From NCBI GenBank assembly GCA_043228905.1, contig JBHGNT010000004.1, positions 17,174,001-17,238,000 on the forward strand: 64,000 nucleotides of DNA, in the 5' to 3' direction. Shown piece after piece: positions 37,349-47,648 of this stretch (positions are counted from its first letter, which is position 1; every line of letters begins with the position of its first letter). The stretch comes from Azolla caroliniana (Eukaryota; Plantae; Polypodiophyta). The notes under the pieces are model-generated. The model did not search any database. It saw nothing but the letters and a program-made list of their open reading frames with translations, and was not told the DNA's origin. A program made the translations under genes and the position numbers.

Positions 37349-38088
37349 TGACGGGAACTCAACGCTCCTTATGTCCAACGCTCGGCCACAACCGAGATTC
37401 TTTTCATACACAGAAAACGGGAAATAAAACGTGACACAAAGAAGAAGAGAATACACAGGAGGTTTACGTGGAAAACCCCAAACTAGGGGGGAAAAACCAC
37501 GGCAGCCCACAGGCTGCAAACTGTCACTATGTAAGAATGTACAACAGTGAGTTCACTAAGGCAACGACCTCGTGCTCACAGATCTTTGCCACAGGCGGCG
37601 GTTACAACAGAGGCAACGACCTCTTTCTCTCTGTACAGTTACGCACACTCTCTATACTTGCACCAACAAGAAATGACAACTACACAACCACATATTTGCC
37701 CTAAGTCATATTTATACTAATATGACTTTTTGGCTATTTACAAATATAGCCTCGATGGGCTCTCAGAAACATATTTACGAATATGTCTCTTCCTCCGGTT
37801 CTCACCGGGTCTGCGTCATCCGGCTCTCCGTAGCCGGGTACTCCTCATCCGGTTCACACCGGGTCTGCACCATTCGGCTCTCTGTAGCCGAGTACTCCTC
37901 ATCCGGTTCATACCGGGTCTGCACCATCCAGCTCTCCGTAGTCGGGTACTCCTCATCCGGTTCTCACCGGGTCTGCATCATCCGGCTCTCCGTAGCCAGG
38001 TACTCCTCATACGGTTTTGGCCTCGGCCGAGTTTGTTCATCGGCACTGTTCTTCTCACTTCCCATCCAGAGGGACTTGTCTCCCAACA
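37349..38088 (-). mobile_element. Solo LTR (740 bp) of the Tork-like family at 59869, inserted in the gypsy integrase
   Basis: TG..CA ends and TSD CATAC (37344-37348, 38089-38093). Shares GGATGGGAAGTGAGAAGAACAGT..AAACTCGGCCGAGGCC with the 59869 LTR. Contains 4 x 54-bp repeats at about 37795-38010. Confidence 0.93.
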
Positions 38089-41000
38089 CATACATCAGCT
38101 CTGCCGGCATAAACCCTGTCACCGAACTGTGCGTAGTTCGGTCCGCCCATAGTGCGTAAGGAAGGAGCCACAGCCAATTCCCGACCTGCCCTTCGCATGC
38201 ACGCACCAACGCCTTTACGATCGGCCCGTGCCCATGTTCTACCTTCCCGTTCGCCTCCGTATTGTACGCCATAGTGAGGGAGAGTTTGACCCCTAGCCGA
38301 TCAAACAGCTCCTCAACTTCCTGCGCATCCAGCTCTCCCCGGTCCGCCACAATCCTCCCGACGCACCCGTACCGACACACTACCTCTTTGATCAGGAACC
38401 GGCATACCGCCGCGGTAGTCTTGTTCTGCAGTGCACGGCCTTCCACCTAGTTCGTTAAGTCTTCCTGCGCAAGCACCAGGTATCGCATCTATCCTACTCC
38501 CATCGGCATCGTCACCAAGTCCACTATCCACTTGGAATGGACCGTAGGCGGGTAGGTCGGGTGTAGCTCGTCCCGATGTTGGACTACGGAGTGCATCTGA
38601 CAGCTTTCGCAAGTCGTTACGAACCAATGCACGTCTCGGTACAGCCCCGGCCACCAGTACTTCTCCTTCAACTTCTCGAATGTGGCCCACGTTCCGCGGT
38701 GCCCGGCCCAGGGACTCTCGTGAAATGCCGCCAGTAATTCCTCCTGTTCTTCTTTCTTTGCCACTACTCGGAGCAAGATGCCGTTTCTTTTCTTTGGGTG
38801 CCTCCATATGCACCCGTCACGTAGGAAGAATCGGTACGCCTTCTTCCGTACCCGGCTCGCTTCTTCTCTCGTCCACGCTCCGTCCGGCGTCATCGCCCAT
38901 AGGAACCTCCCGATTTGGAGCCACTCCCCGTTGTACCTGCTTTCGTCAAATTCGTTAAGCGCCGGAGTGTCCCCTTTCCTTGTCGTCACGTTAGTCGACC
39001 CGAAGAAGTCCTCGTCGACTTCTTCGTCATCCAAAACCATGCCGTCTTCGTCATTGAACCTCACTCTCGAAAGCATGTCGGCCATGGCGTTATCCTTTCC
39101 GGAGATGTGCCGTATCTCCGGGTTTAGGGACTTAATGTACGTTATCCACCGGAGCATTGCTAGGTCCGGCGTCGCGCATTCAGAAACCATGTCGAGTATC
39201 GACAGGCAATCCGTCTCAATGATCACTTCCGTCCCGATCAGATAGTCCTTGTCGGCCTTGATTGTCGAAACGATACCCCAAAGCTCGCGCTTAACTTGGG
39301 CGTATCCTCGCTACCGCTCGCTCAATACCTTCGCCCCGAACCGGATCGGGAACTGTGCGCTATCCTCGTCCTCCTGATTGATCAACCACCCGATCCCGAT
39401 CGGGCTCGTGTCCACCGTCACGTAGATGGGGACTCCCGTGCCATAAACCACTTTACGGAGAGCTGGCGCTACCGTAAATGCCTCCTTTAGTCTCCGGACC
39501 GACTCCATGTGCTCCATCCTCCACTCAAATCTATGCCCCTTTTTCAATAGTCCGTAGAGGGGTTCCGCGACATGCGCGTAGTGCGGGATCCAGATGTGGT
39601 AGAACGCGCATGCTCCCAAGAATCTGCGGACCTACGAGACCGACCCGCAATCGTTCCTCATCACGGAGATGGCCTCTACCTTTGCCGGAGACGGTTTCCT
39701 ACTGTAAGGCCCGAACAGGTGTCCGACCACCAAGATCTCTGACTGCCCGAACGCCAATTTTTCTCCGAAGAAGGTGAGTCGTGCATTTTCGAGCCTCTGC
39801 AACACCTTCTCGTAGTCGTCGATGTGGTTCACGACGAACCTCCGGCATCCGTCCGGCCCGACAGTCTCGTCCGCATCATCCACCGAACACCCCTTTATCG
39901 GGATGTCATCCAAGAATGGCATGGTGATGTCCGGGATGCAGTCCCTCAACACCTTGTTCATTGCGTTCACCATATGCGCCACCGAATTCATCCCGCCTTG
40001 TGGTAGGGTACACATCCGTACTAGGCCGAGAGGGGTTCGCATCGTCGTGATATCCCTGCTCTCCACGGCTAGCTGGAACTAGTCGTGCCCCGAGTATAAG
40101 TCACCGAAGGCCTCCGCGAACTCGTCTATGGTCGGTCCGATTCCTGCATTACGGATGGTCACCTTGTTGACCGGTTGCAGGTCCTGAATGAAGCGCAACG
40201 TGCCGTTCTTCTTCGGCACCGTAAACTGCCAATTCGAATACGGGGCACTTGACGGTTCGAGGATGCCCATCTCCACCTTTTGCTTCAGAAGCTCCATCAA
40301 CTTCGGGATGTGACCTCTCGGCACCGGAATCGGTTTGAGATTCCACAATACATGCGGTACCGTGAAGATCACCATCGGTTCGACAATCGCCGGGTCCACG
40401 CACCCAATCTCCCCCGGCGAGAACGCGAAGGCTTTCCCATGCCTTCCGAGAATTCTCCGAAACCTGTTCTCCTCTGCCGGTAGTAGAAAGCCACCCCCAC
40501 CAACCTTGAGCTCTCGTAGTGTTATGTCGGTGAACCGGTGCCCTATGCTAGCCGGATTCCGTAAACTTGGGTCGAACGCGACCCCTTTTATCCACTTCTC
40601 GCTGCCCTCCGGCAAGGATGCCGCGACCGGCCTCACCTTCCGGTCCACAGTCTTGTACTTTGTACCCATGCGGGCCATCCAATCTGACCCGATCCTTTCC
40701 CCGAAGTCCACGATGACTTCGTACATTCCCATCGAACCTACCGGAATGGTTCGGTCTTCTCTAAGGTATTCACCAATCACTGTTCGCAACTCGCCCAAGG
40801 TGTCGTCAAAAGAGACCGCCTCCACGGCGCCGCTGATCTCTTCGTCGAGGGAGAGGACTCTGCATCCCCTAAGCTGCTCCTCCGCTCACTTCCTTTCCCG
40901 GCCGCTGACGCTTGCTATAGTACAACCTCCATTTTCGAAGAACCAAAATTTCCTACCTACTATACATGTGTGGGGTTCTTCCGGTACGTCCGAACTACCA

Positions 41001-42398
41001 CAGCCCCACACCTTGATAGCTCTCTCTAAAAATCCCCTCGACTGTCACCGTCGGCGGTCATGAATTGGACGGAATGCCGATCGTCCTGGCTCTTGACGCA
41101 CGCGTACGCTGAACCGTTGTCGTGGAACTCCCTCTTGGCGATTCCCAGCACCTCCCGCAACAACAACTCCACTTTACTGTCGAGGATCCGCTCTTCAAGG
41201 ACCTTCCGTAGGTCCGTTGCTCTCTCGATTTCGGTGCTCAACCGAAACCCCGCCTGCTTCTTTCCGTCCGGCGCGCCTGGGTGGCCAGCACCGGTTGGTT
41301 TCGGTCCGAACCGGGTCTCGTACCTCTGCGGGGGACCGACCACCCCGGCCTTTCCTGCCCATTTGTCTTCAACCAGAACCTCGTAGTTCTGGCAAACGGC
41401 TTCTACGAAGCCCGTTTTCTCTTCGACCGAATCGTCCCATCCGGTGACCTCCTGGACCCGCTGTTCCGCGCAGTCCGCCTCTTCCTTCTTTAGCCGAACT
41501 CCGGAGAGGCCTTCTAGCACTAGCGGCCAGAATCCAGAGTCCCTCACCTTCCGGGTCTCATCACCCCCGACCCGAATTCCCACCGACACTGAGTAGTTAA
41601 CGGCTTCTACGCGTCGCGGCCTCTTCCATCAACCTCTTCATTCCGTCGTGCCCCGTATTTGGTTCTAGGGTTCTCTGGGTCTCGCTCGCGTGCACTCGCC
41701 CGTTCTAGAGGTACACCACGTTGGTCCTAAGCGCGTCGGCGAAATCCGCGCAATCCTTCCGAATATGACTGATTCCGTCACACCACATGCACCGCTGCCC
41801 AGTCGGCGGCCTCCGGTTGCGAGGTTGTTCGCCGCTGTCTCTCCGTGGCTATGCGATCTGCAGGTCGCGCACCATCTGTGTCAGCTCCCCCAGAGCCGCT
41901 CCTCCGGATGGGCCTCTGACCACGTCGTTCGATGCCGACCCCGACGAGCTCTTCCTTCCTACCGGCTGGCACCGACACCGGCTCCTTGAGCCTCCTTGCC
42001 GGGACCGGCCCTGACCCCGACGAGCTTTCGTCGCTCCAATCGCGCGGCTTGTCGAAACGGCTGTAGACCCGTTTTACCACGGCCCAATCTGTCGTGAGCC
42101 CTTCGTCTGTTTCCAATTGGGGACCCACCTTTTCCCTGTGTTAGGAATAGTACTAAAGCAGAGATGGAATTAGTACTAAGAAGAGTAGTACTATTAGTAC
42201 TAAGAGGACGGGACTGCGTAAGATTCCCGAGAGAGAGGAAGTGAGAAGAGGAGAGAGAGAGATAGGATGATGACAACAGCTCTTATATTATATGAAAGAT
42301 AAGTACAAATCGGCTAAGAGGCTTAAGACTGGTGTTGAACCAATTTGGTTCAAAACAATGCCTTGTGCCTCCTTTTATAGTGTTTTTAGGAATAATCC

Positions 42399-42418
42399 TG
42401 AAGCTTCTAGAATGTTCC
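42399..42418. promoter_or_regulatory. Perfect four-unit heat-shock element
   Basis: tGAAgcTTCtaGAAtgTTCc, about 20 bp upstream of the LTR TATA box. Confidence 0.75.
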
Positions 42419-42493
42419 AGAGAGATCTGGAATATACATCAATTTTCTATGATAAAACATAAATGAAAATAATATCCTACAAATTACAATTCA

Positions 42494-42547
42494 TAGTCTA
42501 ATGGTAAGAGCTCGACCCATGTAGCATAAGGTTATGGGTTCGAGTCT
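42494..42547 (+). promoter_or_regulatory. tRNA-like Pol III internal promoter in solo-LTR U3
   Basis: TAGTCTAATGGTAAGAG...GGTTCGAGTCT; A-to-B offset 43 nt; antisense to the LTR. Confidence 0.68.
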
Positions 42548-44492
42548 TGCCATATCATGATACCCTATCGAGCGCGTCCACCGACTTAACAAACAGTAGT
42601 ACTCGACTCGTTTCGAGCACGGTCCGGTCCAGCGTCGACAGCCGTGCGAACCGTTTTTCGAACTCCTGGAGGAGCGCCGACGTGTTCCTCCCCTTTCCGG
42701 GGCTTTCCACCCACGCCATGAAGTCCCGCCTCGACAAACAAAGTGAGTCGTCAAACCCGTACTTCTCGAGGAGCTGCAGCTCGAACTCCTCCCAAATCTG
42801 GCATCCGGCCAGCACCTCGAGCACCTCCGCGTGGATGCCCGGCGTCACCACCCGAGGGAATCCGGACAGCCGCCTGTCCGCCAGGATATCCCTCATGATC
42901 ATTTCGGCCCAGTAAGCCTCCAAATAACTTGTGGCGTCTTTCCCTTCGAACCGGCCTATAGTGTCGACAATCGATTCAATGGCTTTGTCGAGGGTACCCG
43001 TCCCCTCACGAGCGCTTACCAGCCGGTCGACGGCTACCACCATTGCCTCTGCTAGCTCCGATCCCCTCATCTTTCGACTCCTTTGCCGCATGTTCACGTC
43101 GGGTTCACCAAAGATGTCGCGTTGTTACGCGTGTGCGTATAGAAAGAGGCGGGACCATGGGGGCCTTGAACCGAGGAGCGAGAGAGAGAGAGAAGACAAG
43201 AGAAGAGAAGACTTGCAGATATGCAAAAGGGAGAAGGAAAGAGAAAGAAACGGCGCACTTAGTTACAGTAACAGTCGATTACAATATCCAGAGATTGCAA
43301 ACTCTGACGATTACAACCGGCAAGGTGGCGATGGACCCGACACAGGGATCCTACTCACGCACACAGACAGAACACACTCGACTCAAACAAACAAAAAGGG
43401 GAGAGCCTCTATTGGAAGCACATGGGCTATCAACAAAGCAGAGGCAGCGAACTCCCGACACCCATAGAGATCGACGATCGAAGGAGAAGAGAGAGCTCGG
43501 CACTCAGTTCTGCAGCAGCACTTCATCCTCGCCAACGCGCGCCCTCCTTTCTTTCTTCTCTTCCTCCTTAAATAGTTCACAAAAGGAGGATTGTTCTTCC
43601 CTAGTCAAATCGCTTTATTCCCTGTCCCTTTTGACATAGATACGCACCAATCTTCTAATAAATATGTACTACCTAGTATTTACATCAGCCGACCTAATTA
43701 TGAATTATGGCCACATTATCAATTCTCGCGTCCACCTATGTGAGCACCGGTTCATGTGCCTTTTTCTCCGATTCCGCCTATGGCCGGTTTTCTTCACGAC
43801 ACCGGTAACACTTTGTACAATCTCTCTCATAGTGATTTGTACCTTATCTACTAAAGGTACATCTAGAGAGACAACTTGATTGATCAACCCCTAAAATACA
43901 TTCAGGTGTTCTGCCATACTAGAGTCATCATGGTATTTCAATCTTACTATCATTCGAATTTAGAAACTTTGTTCAAATCATTCCTAGCTTCGAACATACT
44001 CTTGATTTTCTTCCACAACACAACAAGTTATTATATAAACTCATGTCAATAAAACATTGTATGCACAAGGTTATTTAAAAATGCATGAGTACTCAAGTCC
44101 CTACATCTACATTTTTTAGTTTTGTCGTACCACATTGTACCGTCAACCACATAACCTTGCCTAGTAACAAATCCCTCATTTTGGACTTCCATATTAAGTA
44201 ATTGGGTTTAGTCAACTTAAGCATCATACAAAAGGATTCATCCATGTTCTAATCTTATAGAAAATATGAGCCTCGGCATTGATACCATTTGATGGTAAAA
44301 GGGGCATCAAAATTCCAATCAATAAGCACACACAATGAAATGAAATCATGTTCTTTTTCCCTTAACTTCCATTATAAATACATATTGGTATTTCCCTTAT
44401 ACTGGTACGCTCTAAATGTAATAGGGAAATACATATTGATTATAAGAAAAATGAAGGGAAATGCAATATGAAATCATGTTCGTTTTCCTTTA

Positions 44493-44576
44493 TACTAGTA
44501 TGGTCTAAATGCAATAGGGAGTTTTTATGGCAATGCAAATATAAAAACTCCCTATTGCATTTAGACCATACCAGTA
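44493..44576. mobile_element. 84-bp foldback element, possibly a Tourist/PIF-type MITE
   Basis: 36-bp inverted arms with one mismatch around a 12-nt loop, flanked by TTA on both sides (44490-44492, 44577-44579). Confidence 0.6.
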
Positions 44577-45379
44577 TTACAAATTGAATGACAATGTCAA
44601 TATCCAAAATGTCATCAGGCAACACAATACAATCACTAAACCATAAAGTTTATAACAAACTAGGCACCCAGTGAAAATATGTTATCACCATACACATGGA
44701 AGCAAAAAGAAATCAAAATCAGTGAATGTCTAGAATATGTCTCCTTCATATTACATCAAAATTAAACCACCCTCAATATCATTGTTTGTTGTCCCACACC
44801 TACTCTAGCATAGCACTAATAAGAAGGTAGGAAGATTTACCTATATATGTGAGTAGTGTGTGAGATTGGTAGAGAAAAGGACGCTTCCACATATGACAGA
44901 AGTAGGGCTTTGATGTCGATCGAGATCAATGTTGTCAAGCTTCCCCCTCCACTTTTTCTTTCTCCGTCCTTGTGTTTTTTTTATCTCTCTCTTTTGTCTC
45001 TTGTGTTTTTAATCTCTCTCTATCTCTCTCTGACTGTTTTCTAATCTCTGTTTTTTTTATCTCTTATTTTTTATTTTCAGCTTTTGGTTTTGTTTCTTTT
45101 TCATATTTAATCTCCTTTCATCTTATAATGCAAATACTAATTAAACTCATTGTTGGTCAAGAAATAAATTTGGTTTCACATTTTATGGAGACTCTTTGTT
45201 TATTTATTTTGTATAGATGGATGGTGCACTGAATTGTTTGCGCTAAGCACATGTTTGAAAAACATTTAGTTCCCTATCAATGTCCTCACACGAGGCCATG
45301 CTAGCATAAAAAGCTCAAAACGTTTACTCCTCCGTTGAGTGTAGATTATCAATTAAAATTTGTAGCTACAAATGTTTGA

Positions 45380-46200
45380 AAAATAACACTTTTACTAACA
45401 CTCCGCAAGCTTTTGAACACAACTAGACATTGATATCACCAAAGCAATATGGGTGATTTGCTGGCCAAAGGGGGTAGAGCCAATGAGGTGGCTGGAAACA
45501 CCATTTCGGATGTCCTGACATGAAATCCACCAATGGTGTGGTTTCTCATAGTGAAATAAATTGTGCCCATGCCAACTCCTGAGACATTGAATCTCCCTAT
45601 AGGTTTTTGAATTGTGCACGCAAGGATACCACAAGGTTACTCCATATAGTTGTGATGGCATATGCAGTTGTGCGTGTTTCCCCTAAGTACCATTTAAGAC
45701 ATCTGTATTTCCAAATGTTCCATATACGAATTTATGTCACAATTGACCATGCTTTTTGCAAATTTCATGATCCCCAATTTTGCGTACATCTAATCGTTGT
45801 CCATGCCCAATAGATTATATACACTATGAGGGCTAAGGAGTAATCATGTGTTCCACACATTCACACATTCTTTTGGAGAGACCACCATGTAGCATAACCA
45901 AATAAAATCGAGCCTTCCATGCCGCATGCCGCCAGAATGTGTATGCTTCATTCCCAAATCATATTTGCATACATGCAAGACCACAAGCAATGTTCAATCG
46001 ATTCTGAATCATAGTTGTCGCTCTTACATGCACCATCTTTGCTCTCCGTTGTAGCCATTTACCAACCGGGAGGGCTTTATGGCTAATAAGCTAGAGAAAG
46101 GATTTGCATTTTTCAAGCAAGTCAACTTTGAGGTTCACCTTGGACATTCCGGAAAATAAAGAATAACTAGCCAAAACTTAATGAACCTTTTCTTAAAATT
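45380..46200 (-). mobile_element. Highly decayed LINE ORF2 C-terminal (zf-RVT-like) fragment
   Basis: Minus-strand remnants EKCKSFL*LISHKALPVGKWL and ESIEHCLWSC parallel the LINEs at 48.6 and 54.6 kb. Boundaries approximate. Confidence 0.6.
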
Positions 46201-47271
46201 TAGTGGATTTATTTATTTATCAAGAAATGTGAGATGTTCAAATACTAGGCAGTGTTTCAAAAAAAGTATTAACAACCTTTTTGATGATGATATTATTGTC
46301 TCTACCACAAGGTGATAAACCTAATGTAAAGTTGTTGAGAAATATCTCATAACAAAGATTGACATATTTGATGGCTTGTAATTTTAGACAATGTCATATT
46401 TGGAGGTGTAGGAACCCTTAGTTTGAAAATGTAAATCTGATCATCAAGAAATCGAACCATCATTATTCCCCAAAAACCTCATTTGTGTCAAAGGTTATAC
46501 ATCTACAAATAAATCCTATTTTTATTGTGTCAATGTTGTTTCCCTAGCTTTCCTAGTGCTTACTTTTGATTAATATGCACATTTGGAACTTTAATAATTG
46601 TAAACTTGAATGATAGGGGTGAGTTGGGTCAGAAAAGTCAAGAGGATCGTTATACAACTTCCCTTGCTTGGGGTTCATATCCAATGGTTGATTTATTTGC
46701 TTACATCTTATCAACGATTTCATCCTCATGCTCGCTTTATCTCCAATGTGTCTCCCCGAGTCATAAAAATATATTTTTCCACATTGCGCACATCGTATGT
46801 AGTGACAAAAGAATTAGCTTCATTTTTTAACTAAACATGGTGGTGTATGGATGAATTGTGTGCATCCTATAAACGATGACCTTTGGGACTTATTAGAACA
46901 GCCAGTGAACAAAACACAACCTAATCATCTATATCTATAATGAAAACACATTGAACTTCTAACTACACCATCCATTATTTTTGGGAAAACATGTTCTTCC
47001 CTTTGATTGAAGTCATTTATTGTAAACAAATGGAAGGTTGAGATTTTGTAATGGCTTGGCGTGCACTTGGGTTCACTATAATGGTTCAATGAAATTCATG
47101 TTGGGTTGCATTGCTTTTTCATGCACCCTTCTCCGTCCATCGATCCATCTCTTCTTAATGCAAGCTAATATGGAACCTAAACAATCGTCAATGCATGCAA
47201 ATTTTAATATTTTAAAAATATAAGAACCAATTTGATTTCCTGTAGCGCCACATGTTAGAATGCTTCTCATC

Positions 47272-47648
47272 ATGACTTGAAAATGAGGTGTTTATTCTCA
47301 ATAATCACGTATGATATGGTGGATATGTATGATTTTTGAGGGCAAAGACTCTTAGAATTATTGTAATCTTCAAAATGAATTGGTGTATCAATGGATTTTT
47401 CTTATACATGTGATTGAGAAGAGTGCTCAATGTACCTTTAATGCAGTCAAGAGCCCTTTAATGACTTGAAAATGAGGTGTTTATTCTCAATAATCACGTA
47501 TGATATGGTGGATATGTATGATTTTTGAGGGCAAAGACTCTCAGAATTATTGTAATCTTCAAAATGAATTGGTGTATCAATGGATTTTTCTTATACATGT
47601 GATTGAGAAGAGTGCTCAATGTACCTTTAATGCAGTCAAGAGCCCTTT
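47272..47648. repeat. 189-bp tandem duplication spanning the LINE 5' junction
   Basis: Units start at 47272 and 47461; one internal mismatch seen. Confidence 0.92.

Larger units (their letters stand above)
42139..42562 (-). mobile_element. Solo LTR (424 bp) inserted in the gypsy gag
   Basis: TGTTAGG..CATGATA (decayed CA end); TSD CCCTG/CCCTA. Removal restores Gag KSVDALDREKVGPQLETDEG. Minus-strand TATAAAAGG at about 42371-42379. Confidence 0.85.
36082..43801 (-). mobile_element. Two-LTR defective Ty3/gypsy element, tRNA-Trp-primed, non-chromovirus
   Basis: LTRs 36082-36771 and 43115-43801 (roughly 93-95% identical by eye); TSD CCAG/CCGG; PBS 43094-43110. Gag, RT (LPQG, MPFLDDIPIKG), RH (VDTSPIGIG), IN (HESPWAGH, CESCQ, DRGE, WFGPY); no chromodomain. 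Protease appears deleted near 41120. Confidence 0.95.
35088..43810 (+). mobile_element. 3' end/3' LTR of a further LTR element, split 9 bp from its end by the gypsy at 36082-43801
   Basis: Two ~113-bp repeats (about 35405-35625), CCCTATAAAAAGGG near 35736, and terminus CCGGTAACA at 43810 with no PBS after it. Left boundary uncertain. Confidence 0.55.
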
